DNA from: an uncultured beta proteobacterium
GTDB lineage: Bacteria > Pseudomonadota > Gammaproteobacteria > Burkholderiales > JACQAP01
Length of the DNA stretch: 64,000 nucleotides
Direction of reading: 5' to 3'
Assembly (NCBI GenBank): GCA_963789945.1
Contig: CAWBMN010000007.1
Span: 27,178-91,177, forward strand
Part shown: positions 1-11,786 of the stretch, in pieces
How positions within the stretch are numbered: position 1 is the first letter of the stretch
Layout: the number at the start of each line of letters is the position of its first letter
The notes under the pieces: model-generated
The model's input: the letters and a program-made list of their open reading frames with translations, nothing else
Told to the model about the DNA's origin: nothing
Databases searched by the model: none
Program-made: the position numbers and the translations under genes

Positions 1-1
1 A

Positions 2-1408
2 GGCAGCAAATTCCAGATGCACAAGGGCGGCGGGTTAGTCCGGGACGTGTTCCGCACCCGCGACATGCGCCACCTGGTCGGCAACATCGGCATCGCCCAT
101 TGTCGTTATCCCACCGCCGGATCCGCCTCTTCTTTTGCCGAAGCCCAGCCGCTATATGTGAATTCCCCGTTCGGCATCGTGCTCGGCCACAACGGCAACC
201 TCACCAACGCCGAGCAACTCAAGCGCGACCTGTTCCGCCAGGACCTGCGCCACGTCAACACCAATTCCGACTCCGAAGTGCTGCTCAACGTGCTCGCGCA
301 CGAGCTTCAGGAGGCTGCCAACGGCTATCAGCTCGACCCGCCTACCATATTCCAGGCTGTGTCCGGCGTACACCGCCGTTGTCGCGGTGCGTACTCAGTG
401 GTGGCGATGATCGCCGGCTATGGGCTGCTGGCGTTCCGCGACCCTTACGGCATCCGCCCGCTGGTGGTGGGCATGGCAAGAACGGAAAAGGGCGCGGAGT
501 ACCTGGTGGCCTCGGAAAGCGTGGCGCTCGATACCCTGGGATTCGAGCGGGTGCGCGACGTGGCGCCGGGCGAGGCGATATTCATCGATTACGACGGCAA
601 CTTCTACAGCCGCCAGTGCGCCGCGAACCCGCAGCACTATCCCTGCATTTTCGAGTTCGTGTACCTGGCCCGCCCGGACTCGGTGATCGACGGCATCTCG
701 GTGTACGAAACGCGCATGCGCATGGGCGCGAGCCTGGCCGAGAAGATCAAACGCGACTATCGCGACCTGGACATCGACGTGGTGATCCCGATCCCGGATT
801 CGAGCCGCCCCTCGGCGATGGAACTAGCCGAGAATCTCGGGCTGCCTTACCGCGAAGGATTCATCAAGAACCGCTACATCGGCCGCACCTTCATCATGCC
901 GGGACAGGAAGTGCGCAAGAAATCGGTGCGCCAGAAACTGAACGCCATCGGCATGGAATTCAAGGGCAGGAACGTGATGCTGGTGGACGATTCCATCGTG
1001 CGCGGCACCACCAGCCGGGAGATCGTGCAGATGGCGCGCGATGCCGGCGCGCGCAAGGTCTATTTCGCGTCTGCGGCTCCGCCGGTGCGCTATCCCAACG
1101 TCTACGGGATCGACATGCCTACCTCGCGCGAGCTCATCGCCACCGGACGCACCCACGACGAAATTGCCCGCGAGATCGGCGCCGATCGCCTGATCTACCA
1201 GGATCTGGATGCATTGATCGATGACGTGCGCTCGGTCAATCCGAAGATCGAGCATTTCGAGACCTCGTGCTTCAACGGCGTCTATGTCACCGGAGACATC
1301 ACGCCGGAATACCTGGCCGGCGTCGAGGCGCAGCGCAACGATGACGAGTTGTCGCGCCGCGAGGCCAACGTCACCCAACTGGACCTGAACCTGGCGACCG
1401 CCGAATAG
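2..1408 (+). CDS. purF: amidophosphoribosyltransferase, 5'-truncated by the window edge
   Basis: Frame is open from base 2. Translation shows a class-II amidotransferase core ([20 protein letters not shown]) and a PRPP loop ([14 protein letters not shown]). TAG stop at 1406-1408. Confidence 0.95.
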   Translation, partial: GSKFQMHKGGGLVRDVFRTRDMRHLVGNIGIAHCRYPTAGSASSFAEAQPLYVNSPFGIVLGHNGNLTNAEQLKRDLFRQDLRHVNTNSDSEVLLNVLAHELQEAANGYQLDPPTIFQAVSGVHRRCRGAYSVVAMIAGYGLLAFRDPYGIRPLVVGMARTEKGAEYLVASESVALDTLGFERVRDVAPGEAIFIDYDGNFYSRQCAANPQHYPCIFEFVYLARPDSVIDGISVYETRMRMGASLAEKIKRDYRDLDIDVVIPIPDSSRPSAMELAENLGLPYREGFIKNRYIGRTFIMPGQEVRKKSVRQKLNAIGMEFKGRNVMLVDDSIVRGTTSREIVQMARDAGARKVYFASAAPPVRYPNVYGIDMPTSRELIATGRTHDEIAREIGADRLIYQDLDALIDDVRSVNPKIEHFETSCFNGVYVTGDITPEYLAGVEAQRNDDELSRREANVTQLDLNLATAE

Positions 1409-1438
1409 AACGCCCCATCCGCGACCCGGCGCCGGCGA

Positions 1439-1467
1439 TTGACAGGCCCGCGTGCCCGGAGTAGCGT
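1439..1467 (+). promoter_or_regulatory. sigma-70-like promoter of the metZ leader
   Basis: TTGACA (1439-1444), 17-nt spacer, TAGCGT (1462-1467). Begins about 30 nt after the purF stop. Confidence 0.4.
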
Positions 1468-1470
1468 GTG

Positions 1471-1526
1471 ATTTCGCGCCGATTTGACGAACAGCTTGCG
1501 GGCGCGTAACAAATACTGCTAAAGCG
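1471..1526 (+). promoter_or_regulatory. candidate SAM-II-like riboswitch (H-type pseudoknot) in the metZ leader
   Basis: GAUUU occurs twice at the 5' end. P1 is CGCGCC (1475-1480) paired with GGCGCG (1501-1506). The 20-nt loop contains GCUU (1494-1497), complementary to AAGC in the 3' tail CUAAAGCG (1519-1526). Recognised from memory of the SAM-II consensus only. Confidence 0.45.
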
Positions 1527-1541
1527 TGTGTCGGATTCCGG

Positions 1542-1578
1542 ACCCGCTTAGCGAAAGCTCAAGCGGGTTTTGTTTTTT
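1542..1578 (+). terminator. intrinsic terminator / attenuator upstream of metZ
   Basis: Stem ACCCGCTT (1542-1549) pairs with AAGCGGGT (1561-1568), followed by TTTTGTTTTTT. Its 5' strand CGCTTAG (1545-1551) can alternatively pair with CTAAAGCG (1519-1526). Confidence 0.7.
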
Positions 1579-1622
1579 CCGGCTGCCGCGAATGCGGCGC
1601 ACGACACGAACGGGGTATTGCG

Positions 1623-2804
1623 ATGAGGTGGGACGAACTGGAACTGGAAACGCTGGCGGTGCGCGCGGGCACGCACCGCAGCCAGTTCAACGAACATTCG
1701 GAAGCGCTGTATCTGACGTCGAGCTTCGTCTTCAAGGACGCAGCCGAGGCGGCGGCGCGTTTTTCCGGCGAGGATCCGGGAATGGTGTACTCGCGCTACA
1801 CCAATCCCACGGTGAGCGCGTTTCAGGAGCGCCTCGCCGCACTGGAGGGCGCGGAGTGCTGCATCGCCACGGCTTCCGGCATGTCGGCGATCCTCGGCTG
1901 CGTGATGGCGCTGATGAAGGCCGGCACCCATATCGTTTCGTCGCGCAGCATTTTCGGCGCGACCGTGCAGTTGTTCGGCACCATGATGCAGCGCTTCGGC
2001 GTCGACACCACGTTCGTGCCGGCGACCGACGTAGGCGCATGGGAACAGGCGATGCGGCCGAACACGCGCTTGTTGTTCCTGGAAACGCCCTCCAATCCTC
2101 TGACCGAGATTTCCGACGTGGCGGCATTGGCCGACGTGGCGCACCGACATGGCGCGCTGCTGGTGGTGGACAATTGCTTTTGCAGCCCGGCGCTGCAGCG
2201 GCCCCTCGAACTCGGGGCCGACATCGTCATGCATTCGGCGACCAAGTATCTGGACGGCCAGGGCCGCGTGCTCGGAGGCGCGGTGCTGGGCAGGCGCGAG
2301 CTGATTCTCGACGGCATGACCGCATTCCTGCGCAGTTGCGGGCCGACGCTGTCGCCGTTCAATGCCTGGGTGATCCTGAAAGGCCTGGAAACGCTGGGCC
2401 TGCGCATGCAGGCGCACTCCCGGGGGGCGCTCGAGCTGGCACAGTGGCTGGAGGCGCACCCGAAAGTCGAGCACGTCTACTATCCGGGACTGTCTTCGCA
2501 TCCGCAACATGCGCTGGCGATGCGTCAGCAGAAGAGCGGCGGCGGCATCGTCTCTTTCGTCGTAAAGGGCGGGCGTGAAGCGGCGTGGAAGGTGGTGGAT
2601 TCGACCCAGCTGATTTCCATCACCGCGAACCTCGGCGATACCAAGACCACGATCACGCATCCAGCCAGCACCACGCACGGGCGCATTGCGCCGGAGGCCC
2701 GCAAGGCGGCGGGGATCGGCGAGGGCTTGCTGCGCATCGCGGTGGGCCTGGAAGCCGTCTCGGACGTCAAGGCCGACCTGGCGCGCGGCCTGGCGAAGGT
2801 GTAG
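1623..2804 (+). CDS. metZ: O-succinylhomoserine sulfhydrylase (PLP-dependent, Cys/Met metabolism family)
   Basis: 393 aa. The N-terminus TLAVRAGTHRSQFNEHSEALYLTSSFVF...YSRYTNPTV and the SATKYLDGQG lysine motif are typical of MetZ. Confidence 0.9.
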   Translation: MRWDELELETLAVRAGTHRSQFNEHSEALYLTSSFVFKDAAEAAARFSGEDPGMVYSRYTNPTVSAFQERLAALEGAECCIATASGMSAILGCVMALMKAGTHIVSSRSIFGATVQLFGTMMQRFGVDTTFVPATDVGAWEQAMRPNTRLLFLETPSNPLTEISDVAALADVAHRHGALLVVDNCFCSPALQRPLELGADIVMHSATKYLDGQGRVLGGAVLGRRELILDGMTAFLRSCGPTLSPFNAWVILKGLETLGLRMQAHSRGALELAQWLEAHPKVEHVYYPGLSSHPQHALAMRQQKSGGGIVSFVVKGGREAAWKVVDSTQLISITANLGDTKTTITHPASTTHGRIAPEARKAAGIGEGLLRIAVGLEAVSDVKADLARGLAKV

Positions 2805-2811
2805 CGGCCAG

Positions 2812-3537
2812 TCACCTGATCGGCACGGCGCGGCAACCAACCGCATCGCAAAGCAGGTACGACCCCTGTTCGTACCAGGCGGCCAGCACCCAGCGTTCGC
2901 ACGTGTGGCCGTCCACTACATGCTCGTGCCGCGCCGGCCTGTGGGTATGTCCGTGGATCAGCCGCGGGTAGGCGTGGCTCCTCAGCACTTCTTCGACTGT
3001 TGCCGGCGCCACGTCCATGATCGCCATTTCCTTCACCTGCTTGGCCTGCTCGCTCTGGCCGCGCACGTCCTGCGCCATGCGCAGGCGTTCGGCCAGCGGT
3101 CTGGTGAGGAAAGCCTGCTGCCAGGCCGGGTTGCGCACCATGGCGCGGAACTTCTGATACGCCACGTCGCCGCTGCACAGCGTGTCGCCGTGCATCAATA
3201 GCGTCGGCCGGCCGTGAAGATTCACCACCGTGGGGTCCTCAAGGATCTTCATTCCGCTTTCGCGGGCGAAGCGGCTGCCGATCAAAAAGTCCCGATTGCC
3301 GTGCATGAAGTACAAAGGCGTGCCGCCATCGGACAGCTTGCGGAATGCATCGGCAATCCTGCGTGCAAACGGATGCTCGAGCCCGTCGTCGCCGATCCAG
3401 TACTCGAACAGGTCGCCGAGCACGTAGAGCGCGTCTGCGGACGGCGCGGTCTGTTCCAGGAAATTCAGCAGGGTTTCATTTGCCGCCGGCGTGTCCGGCG
3501 CCAGATGCAGATCCGAAATGAATAGAGAGTAAGACAC
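2812..3537 (-). CDS. lpxH: UDP-2,3-diacylglucosamine hydrolase
   Basis: LFISDLHL...VLGDLFEYWIGDD...HGNRDF metallophosphatase motifs. I place the start at GTG 3537 (VSYSLFISDLHL), which gives about 241 aa. The ORF-track start at 3618 would translate the IR1 repeat. Confidence 0.85.
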   Translation of the reverse strand: MSYSLFISDLHLAPDTPAANETLLNFLEQTAPSADALYVLGDLFEYWIGDDGLEHPFARRIADAFRKLSDGGTPLYFMHGNRDFLIGSRFARESGMKILEDPTVVNLHGRPTLLMHGDTLCSGDVAYQKFRAMVRNPAWQQAFLTRPLAERLRMAQDVRGQSEQAKQVKEMAIMDVAPATVEEVLRSHAYPRLIHGHTHRPARHEHVVDGHTCERWVLAAWYEQGSYLLCDAVGCRAVPIR

Positions 3538-3539
3538 TC

Positions 3540-3636
3540 GGGATTGGGGACTGAGGATCGGGGACTGAGGTTTGGGAATTGAAGATTGGGCCAGGGCTCT
3601 AGAGCTCCTGGATCTCAATCCCCAATCCTCAATCCC
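3540..3636. repeat. IR1: heptad-periodic inverted repeat between ppiB and lpxH
   Basis: Left arm has 7 tandem heptamers: GGATTGG GGACTGA GGATCGG GGACTGA GGTTTGG GAATTGA AGATTGG. Right arm is TCAATCC CCAATCC TCAATCC, the complement of GGATTGR. The centre CCAGGGCTCTAGAGCTCCTGG is itself palindromic. Confidence 0.7.
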
Positions 3637-3639
3637 GTT

Positions 3640-4137
3640 TCAAACGACTTCCGCTTTTCTGATGACGACGTCTTCTTTCGGAACGTCCTGGTGCATTCCG
3701 TGGCTTCCCGTGGCCACACACTTGATCTTGTCGACCACTTCGCGGCCCTCGACCACGCGCCCGAACACGCAGTAGCCGTAAGCATCCGTAGTGGCGGTGC
3801 GGAAATTCAGGAAATCGTTTTTGGCGACGTTGATGAAGAATTGTGCGGTAGCCGTGTGCGGATTGGGAGTGCGTGCCATGGCGACAGTGTAAGCCTCGTT
3901 CTTGAGCCCGTTCTCGGCCTCGTTCCTGATCGGCGCCCGCGTGGATTTCTCCTTCATGCCGGGTTCGAAACCGCCGCCCTGGACCATGAAGCCGTTGATC
4001 ACGCGATGGAACACGGTGTTGTCGTAAAAACCATCCTTGACGTACTGCAGGAAGTTGTCCACGCTTCCGGGCGCCTTGGCGGCATCGAGCTCGAGGACGA
4101 TGTCGCCCAGCGAAGTTTGCAGTTTCACGCGGCTCAC
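3640..4137 (-). CDS. ppiB: peptidyl-prolyl cis-trans isomerase B (cytoplasmic cyclophilin)
   Basis: 165 aa with cyclophilin motifs [15 protein letters not shown] and [16 protein letters not shown]. No signal peptide. The GTG start overlaps the ppiA stop (GTGA). Confidence 0.9.
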   Translation of the reverse strand: MSRVKLQTSLGDIVLELDAAKAPGSVDNFLQYVKDGFYDNTVFHRVINGFMVQGGGFEPGMKEKSTRAPIRNEAENGLKNEAYTVAMARTPNPHTATAQFFINVAKNDFLNFRTATTDAYGYCVFGRVVEGREVVDKIKCVATGSHGMHQDVPKEDVVIRKAEVV

Positions 4138-4706
4138 TTTGCCTCCACCAGTCTGGCGTCCTGGATTACCACTTCCTGCCGCGGCACATCCTGCGGAAAA
4201 GGGCCGCCCGCTCCGGTCGCAAGCCGGGCGATCCTGTCGACCACGTCCATTCCCTTCACCACTTTGCCGAAAACCGTGTAGCCGTACCCGCGCGCAGTCG
4301 GAGCGGAGTGGTTCAGGAACGCATTGTCGGCGACGTTGATGAAAAACTGCGCGGTCGCGGAGTGTGGATTTGCCGTTCGCGCCATCGCGATGGCCCCGAT
4401 GTCGTTTTTCAGCCCGTTGGCTGCTTCATTCTGGATTGGATCGCGGGTGGGCTTCTGGGTGAAGTCCTGCGAGAAACCGCCACCCTGGATCATGAATCCG
4501 GGGATGACGCGATGGAATATCGTGCCCTTGTAGAAATCGCTTTTCACGTACTCGAGAAAATTCTTCACCGTCTGCGGCGCCTTGTCCGGATAGAGCTCGA
4601 TGCTGATGCTGCCGAGATTGGTTTTCAGTTCCACCTGCGGATTGGCGGCGATGGCCACGGTGCTGCTCAACAAAAGAGCGCAGAGCGCGCCCAATATCTT
4701 CTTCAT
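4134..4706 (-). CDS. ppiA: peptidyl-prolyl cis-trans isomerase A (periplasmic cyclophilin)
   Basis: Start taken at ATG 4706 ([20 protein letters not shown], a signal peptide). Cyclophilin core [15 protein letters not shown]. Confidence 0.9.
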   Translation of the reverse strand: MKKILGALCALLLSSTVAIAANPQVELKTNLGSISIELYPDKAPQTVKNFLEYVKSDFYKGTIFHRVIPGFMIQGGGFSQDFTQKPTRDPIQNEAANGLKNDIGAIAMARTANPHSATAQFFINVADNAFLNHSAPTARGYGYTVFGKVVKGMDVVDRIARLATGAGGPFPQDVPRQEVVIQDARLVEAK

Positions 4707-4770
4707 CTCATGTCCTTCGAAGCTGGTTTGAAATTGCTCGGCCCGCGAACCTCGGCCCTCGTACCTGTTC

Positions 4771-6003
4771 TTATGCCGCCCCTTCATAGACGATCAGCCA
4801 CTTGCCGCCTTCCTTGATCCAGTACTGGCGTTTCTTCATGCGGTTGGAGAGGTTGCTGCTGCCGTAGTCCTGCTCGAAGGTGGTGACAGCAATTTGTTCC
4901 TTGCCCGGATAGAGCAACAGGGACACGTCGGACAACTGGACCCTGATCCAGGCCTTGGAAGCGTTCACCTGGCGTTTCTGCTCCGACCACTGCTCCAGAG
5001 TGATGCCGTTGGAGGAGAATTGCCGGGCGTAATGCCGCAGGTACGTTTCGGTATCGCGGCTTTCCCAGTCGCGCCGCCAGCGCTCGATCGCGGTCAACAG
5101 ATCGGTTCGCAAAGCTTCGACCTCACCGGGACTGGCCCAGTCGAGCGTATCGGCGATCACCACCGGCGTGGACCCGATTTGCAGTTTGCGGGCGAGGGCT
5201 TCCAGATCGGCGTTGGCAAGAACGATGCAGCCGTCGCTGGCGCGAGGCGGCCGGCTGTAGGTGTCGCGCGGGGTTCCGTGCAGCCAGATTCCGTAGCCGT
5301 CACGACCGCGAACGCGGTCCCACTCGTTCGGATAGTTGATGGGGAATGCGCCGCTGCCGTAGAAATCGGTGAGTTTTTCCCTGGGCAACTGGCTGACCAC
5401 ATGGTAAACGCCGATTGGCGTGCGCTTGTCGCCTTCGCGCAGTTTTTCCAGCCCGTTCTTGCCGATGGTCACGTAATAGTCGGCCACGTAACGTGCCGCG
5501 CCGCCGGCATTCTCGAACACGAACAGGGTCGATTTGGCCGAGTCGAGGACCAGTGCGTACTTCTGTTCTTGCGGCATTTGCAGCAGGTATCGCGGCGCAA
5601 GCTCGCCCGGATTCTCGATCTGATAGCGCATCAGGCGTGCACGCGCCTCCTCTCGCAAACCGTTCACCTGCTCGGACGGGCCGCCCGAAGCGTTGCCGAT
5701 GCTGTTGATCGGGCGGGAACGCGCGAGCAGCAGGTCTCCTCTCACCAGCTGCGCCAGGCGGAAATTAGGGTTCGACGCCAGCAGATTGTCGATCTGTTCG
5801 AGTGCGGAGGAGAATCGCCTCTCACCTATGTCCAGCATCGCCCGCACCAGCATCGCCTCGGGTGCAGCGAGCTGGCGTGCGACGACCGACGGCGGGCCCA
5901 GCCCCATCGCCCAGGCATACGATGCACCGGCCGTGGCGATTACCACCAGCGCCTGCACCAGTGTCTGCCTCGAACCCGCCTGATGTCGGCGTGACGGGGA
6001 CAT
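4771..6003 (-). CDS. L,D-transpeptidase (YkuD-type) with a C-terminal NTF2-like domain
   Basis: 410 aa with an N-terminal signal/anchor. Catalytic region GIWLHGTP...RASDGCIVL (His/Cys motif). The start overlaps the stop of the upstream TPR gene by 1 nt. Confidence 0.85.
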   Translation of the reverse strand: MSPSRRHQAGSRQTLVQALVVIATAGASYAWAMGLGPPSVVARQLAAPEAMLVRAMLDIGERRFSSALEQIDNLLASNPNFRLAQLVRGDLLLARSRPINSIGNASGGPSEQVNGLREEARARLMRYQIENPGELAPRYLLQMPQEQKYALVLDSAKSTLFVFENAGGAARYVADYYVTIGKNGLEKLREGDKRTPIGVYHVVSQLPREKLTDFYGSGAFPINYPNEWDRVRGRDGYGIWLHGTPRDTYSRPPRASDGCIVLANADLEALARKLQIGSTPVVIADTLDWASPGEVEALRTDLLTAIERWRRDWESRDTETYLRHYARQFSSNGITLEQWSEQKRQVNASKAWIRVQLSDVSLLLYPGKEQIAVTTFEQDYGSSNLSNRMKKRQYWIKEGGKWLIVYEGAA

Positions 6004-6977
6004 CAGTTCATTCTTTCCTGAAAGATCAACCAGCGGTCATTGTTTTTCGTGAGAACCAGCGTCTTGGCGCCGGAAGTGCTCAGAGTGTCGGACTTGTAAC
6101 CCTGACGAAAGCTCACGATGGCCTGGCCATTCGCATCAAAGGAAACCTTGGGCGAGCCTACCGTGACCTCGATCGATATCGGTTTGGTGATGCGATCGCG
6201 CCGCATGGCCTCCCAAGCCGCGCGCGGTTCGCCGCCCGGTACCTGGAAACCGGGCGCGTAGTGGGCGAGGTAGGCATCCGCATCCTTCGCCGACCAGGCT
6301 TTGGCCCAGCCATTCACGGCAGCGAGCACGGCCTCGGTTTCCGCCTTGCCCGGTGCAGGCGACTTCGGCGACGGCTGTTTCTTGTCCTTTGCGTCGGATA
6401 TCACGGCGGGGGCAACCGCGGATTCGGTTGCAACCACCGGCGACTTGCCCTTGCCCGGCACCACGCTGCTCGAGAACAGGTCCTTTATCATCGCCAGCTT
6501 GGTTTGCGCGGCGGCATTGCCGCGGTCGAGTTGCAGCGCCTTATCGTAGGCTTCACTCGCCATCTTGGCGTACACGTCGCCGAGATTCTCGTGCGCGATG
6601 GCGTAGCTCGGATGCGTGCGGATCGCCATTTCCAGCGACTTGCGCGCCTTGTCGTACTGCCCCTGCGAGGCATACAGGACGGCAAGATTGTTATAGGGTT
6701 CGGGCAATTCCGGATAGTCGTCGGTCAGGGCCGTGAATACCTTGATCGCGTCGTTCGGTTTGTTCTGCTCGGTGAGGATCAATCCTTTGAGGAAGCGTGC
6801 GCGCGCGTCGCGCGGATTCACGGTGATCGCGCCCTCGATTTTTTCCAGCGCGGCCGTATGGTTGCCCTGCTTGAATAAACGGCTGGCGTCGTCGTAGTTG
6901 TCGGCGGCCGCCGGTGCGCACTGCAATGCAAGTGCGAGCAGTGCGGCACCCAGCGCTGGGGATTGCAATCGGCTCAT
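6003..6977 (-). CDS. secreted TPR-repeat protein with the same C-terminal domain as the adjacent L,D-transpeptidase
   Basis: Signal peptide MSRLQSPALGAALLALALQCAPAAA, then TPR repeats (AIKVFTALTDDYPE..., NLAVLYASQGQYDKA...). C-terminal region W..AW..KD.DAYL.HYA. Confidence 0.8.
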   Translation of the reverse strand: MSRLQSPALGAALLALALQCAPAAADNYDDASRLFKQGNHTAALEKIEGAITVNPRDARARFLKGLILTEQNKPNDAIKVFTALTDDYPELPEPYNNLAVLYASQGQYDKARKSLEMAIRTHPSYAIAHENLGDVYAKMASEAYDKALQLDRGNAAAQTKLAMIKDLFSSSVVPGKGKSPVVATESAVAPAVISDAKDKKQPSPKSPAPGKAETEAVLAAVNGWAKAWSAKDADAYLAHYAPGFQVPGGEPRAAWEAMRRDRITKPISIEVTVGSPKVSFDANGQAIVSFRQGYKSDTLSTSGAKTLVLTKNNDRWLIFQERMN

Positions 6978-7126
6978 GTGCTAAACTTTACCTCAATAAG
7001 AAACGGTAGGTTATTGTAAATAATAGTAGATTCTATCAGTAGGGCGCCCCGTTCGACAATCCGACTGCGCCCGGGGCCTGCTGGCCCGTTTGGCGGCACC
7101 ATGCACCCGACCCGGAATGAATCCCG

Positions 7127-8494
7127 ATGCTGAAGATTTATAACTCGCTCACCCGCGCCAAGGAGACTTTTACCCCGATTTCCCCCGGAAAGGTGGGAAT
7201 GTACGTGTGCGGGATGACGGTCTACGACTACTGCCACCTTGGCCACGCGCGCTTCATGGCGGTGTTCGATCTGGTCAAGCGCTGGCTGGTCGCGAGCGGC
7301 TTCGAAACTACGTATGTGCGCAACATTACCGACATCGACGACAAGATCATCAAGCGTGCCGCCGAGAACAACGAACCCATCGAGAAATTGACCACCCGTT
7401 TCATCGAAGCGATGAACCAGGACGCGGCTGCGCTCGGCGTGCAGAAGCCCGATGTCGAACCGCGCGCAACCGCCAATGTTCCGGAGATGGTGCGGCTTAT
7501 CGCCGCGCTGATCGACAGGACCCTGGCCTACCAGGCGCCGAACGGCGACGTTTATTACTCGGTGCACAGATTCCCCGGCTACGGCAAGTTATCCGGCAAG
7601 ACGCTGGACGAACTGCGTGCCGGCGAGCGCGTGGAAGTCGATGGCAGCAAGCGTGATCCGCTCGACTTCGTGCTGTGGAAATCGGCGAAGCCGGGCGAGC
7701 CGGCCTGGGATTCGCCCTGGGGCAAGGGGCGGCCCGGATGGCACATCGAGTGCTCGGCGATGAGCGAACGCTACCTCGGCAGCCACTTCGACATCCACGG
7801 CGGCGGCCAGGACTTGCAGTTTCCGCACCACGAGAACGAGATCGCCCAGTCGGAGGGCGCGCACGGGCACACGTTCGTGAACTACTGGATGCACAACGGA
7901 TTCGTGCGCGTGGACAACGAGAAGATGTCGAAGTCGCTCGGCAATTTCTTCACCGTGCGCGAAATCCTGGCGAAGTACGACGCAGAAGTGGTGCGCTTTT
8001 TCATCGTGCGCGCGCACTATCGCAGCCCGCTTAACTACTCCGACCAGCACCTGGATGACGCGAGGGGAGCTCTGACCAGGCTATATACAGCGCTCAAAAG
8101 CGTGCCCGCGAGAGCGGCGAACATCGACTGGAACAATCCCCAAGCCGCGCGATTTCGCGAAGCGATGAACGACGACTTCAATAGCCCGGAAGCGGTTGCG
8201 GTGCTGTTCGACCTTGCCAACGAAGTCAATCGCAGCCAGTCCTCGAGCGCGGCCGCGCTGCTCAAGTCGCTTGGCGCAGTGCTTGGCCTGCTGCAACGCA
8301 ATCCGGAAGAATTTCTGCGCGGCGATCTGCCCGACGGCTGGACCGTGGCACGGATCGAAGAAATGATCGCGGCGCGTGCGCGAGCAAAGCAGGCCAGGAA
8401 TTTCGCCGAGTCCGACCGCATCCGCGACGAACTGCTCGCAGCCGGGATCGTGCTCGAAGACGGGCCCGCGGGCACGACCTGGCGCCGCAAGTAA
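7127..8494 (+). CDS. cysS: cysteine--tRNA ligase
   Basis: 455 aa. HIGH motif (CHLGHAR), KMSKS motif (KMSKSLGN) and a zinc-site region with WHIECS. Confidence 0.97.
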   Translation: MLKIYNSLTRAKETFTPISPGKVGMYVCGMTVYDYCHLGHARFMAVFDLVKRWLVASGFETTYVRNITDIDDKIIKRAAENNEPIEKLTTRFIEAMNQDAAALGVQKPDVEPRATANVPEMVRLIAALIDRTLAYQAPNGDVYYSVHRFPGYGKLSGKTLDELRAGERVEVDGSKRDPLDFVLWKSAKPGEPAWDSPWGKGRPGWHIECSAMSERYLGSHFDIHGGGQDLQFPHHENEIAQSEGAHGHTFVNYWMHNGFVRVDNEKMSKSLGNFFTVREILAKYDAEVVRFFIVRAHYRSPLNYSDQHLDDARGALTRLYTALKSVPARAANIDWNNPQAARFREAMNDDFNSPEAVAVLFDLANEVNRSQSSSAAALLKSLGAVLGLLQRNPEEFLRGDLPDGWTVARIEEMIAARARAKQARNFAESDRIRDELLAAGIVLEDGPAGTTWRRK

Positions 8495-8512
8495 CGCGGC
8501 GTCGCGAGCATG

Positions 8513-8540
8513 AACAAGGGCCGCATCAGCGGCCCTTGTT
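8513..8540. terminator. bidirectional hairpin terminator between convergent cysS and dnaJ
   Basis: AACAAGGGCCG - catcag - CGGCCCTTGTT, a perfect 11-bp stem. Confidence 0.65.
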
Positions 8541-8555
8541 ATCGAGTCGCGACAC

Positions 8556-9679
8556 CTATTCGGCGAAGAATTCCTTCACGCGATCCATCCAGCTTTTCGC
8601 GCGCGGGTTGTGGCGGCCGCTGTCGCGCTCGTTGATCTCCTCCAACTCCTGCAGCAATTCCTTCTGCCGCGGCGTGAGGTTCACCGGCGTCTCCACCACC
8701 ACGTGGCATAGCAAGTCGCCGAAAGCGTTGCTGCGAACGCCCTTGATACCCTTGGCGCGCAAACGGAATACTTTTCCGGTCTGGGTCTCCGGTGGAATTT
8801 TGATCTTGGCGTAACCGTCCAGCGTGGGAATCTCGATCTCTCCTCCCAGTGTCGCCCTGGTGATGCTGATCGGCATCTCGCAGTGCAGATCATTGCCTTC
8901 ACGGCTGAACACCTCGTGCTGACGGATATGGATGACCACATAGAGATCTCCCGCCGGACCGCCGTTGACCCCGGCCTCGCCTTCACCCGAAAGGCGGATA
9001 CGGTCGCCCTCGTCCACACCCGCGGGGATCTTGACCGACAGCGTCTTCTGCCGCTTGACCCGGCCCGCGCCGTTGCACGTAGCGCAGGGACTTTGCACGA
9101 CTTTGCCGCTGCCATGGCATTTCGGGCAGGTCTGCTGAATCGAGAAGAAGCCCTGCGTCATGCGCACCTGGCCCTGGCCGCCGCAGGTCGGACAAGTCAT
9201 CGGCTGGGTGCCGGGTTTGGCGCCTGAGCCACCGCAAGTCGCGCACTCATCCATGGTCGGGATTCGCACCCGGGTTTCAGTGCCGCGTGCCGCTTCTTCC
9301 AGCGAGATTTCCAGGTTGTAGCGCAGGTCGGCGCCGCGGTAGACATTGGAGCGCTGGCGCCCCGCACCAAAGATATCGCCGAAAATATCGCCGAAGGCGT
9401 CGGCGAAAGTGCCGAAGCCCGCACCGGCCGCCCCGCCCCCATTCCCGAATGCGGATCGACCCCGGCGTGGCCGTACTGATCGTAGGCGCCGCGCTTGCCG
9501 GCGTCGGAGAGCACTTCGTAGGCTTCCTTCGCCTCCTTGAACAGCCCCTCGGACTTCGGGTTGTCCGGATTACGGTCCGGATGGTGCTTCATCGCCAGCT
9601 TCCGGTAGGCCTTCTTGATGTCCTCTTCGGAAGCGTCGCGATTGACGCCGAGCACCTCGTAGTAGTCGCGTTTCGACAT
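8556..9679 (-). pseudogene. dnaJ: chaperone DnaJ; reading frame broken by an apparent 1-nt deletion in the G/F region (sequencing error not excluded)
   Basis: J-domain (YYEVLGV...HPDRN) in frame A (9679 down to about 9440). The G/F region ([24 protein letters not shown]), zinc finger ([32 protein letters not shown]) and C-terminal domain are in frame B, contiguous with ORF 8556..9269. The frames switch at the C4GC5 tract 9431-9440. Confidence 0.85.
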
Positions 9680-9730
9680 TCAGTTCCTTGTTGGCAGGGT
9701 CGTCGCTTTATTTTTTTCCAGACGACGCAA

Positions 9731-9778
9731 GGGGTGAGCCGGAAATCCGCCTCACCCCTCACGCCTTACGCCTTACCT
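9731..9778. repeat. IR2: hairpin plus heptad tract between dnaK and dnaJ
   Basis: GGGGTGAG - 12-nt loop - CTCACCCC (perfect 8-bp stem), followed by CCTCACC CCTCACG CCTTACG CCTTACC. In the dnaK sense this reads GGTAAGG CGTAAGG CGTGAGG GGTGAGG ... CTCACCCC. Confidence 0.55.
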
Positions 9779-9780
9779 TA

Positions 9781-11715
<1,935 letters not shown>

Positions 11716-11757
11716 GGTCGTTCCTTTGTTCGAAAGTGAAAATGCCTTTGATTACCA

Positions 11758-11786
11758 AGATTTGGTCTTGTGTCCTGAAAATCAAG
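11758..11786 (-). promoter_or_regulatory. possible sigma-32 (heat-shock) promoter of dnaK
   Basis: Minus-strand CTTGAT (11786-11781), 15-nt spacer, CCAAATCT (11765-11758), compared with consensus CTTGAA-N13-17-CCCCATNT. The -35 overlaps the grpE stop. Confidence 0.35.

Noticed and set aside
1548-2846. 432-aa ORF antisense to metZ. Similar long antisense ORFs lie opposite recN (16419..18125), carB (28188..30596), ftsH (33341..35065), glmM (36309..37916), nuoD (44918..46216) and nuoM (54690..56210).
   Set aside because: Their translations are Arg/Ala/Gly/His-rich and low-complexity with no recognisable motifs. Each mirrors a strongly supported gene on the other strand. Long stop-free antisense frames are expected at this G+C content and codon bias.
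4707-4770. A possible additional heptad element between the L,D-transpeptidase gene and ppiA. In the minus sense it reads GAGGGCC GAGGTTC GCGGGCC GAGC.
   Set aside because: It has only three to four loose units and I could find no complementary arm, so it is too weak to count with IR1-IR12.
8556-9679. Treating ORFs 8556..9269 and 9197..9679 as two separate genes (a J-domain protein plus a zinc-finger protein).
   Set aside because: Together they are colinear with a single DnaJ. The missing G/F region is present in the shifted frame across the junction, so this is one gene with a 1-nt frame break.
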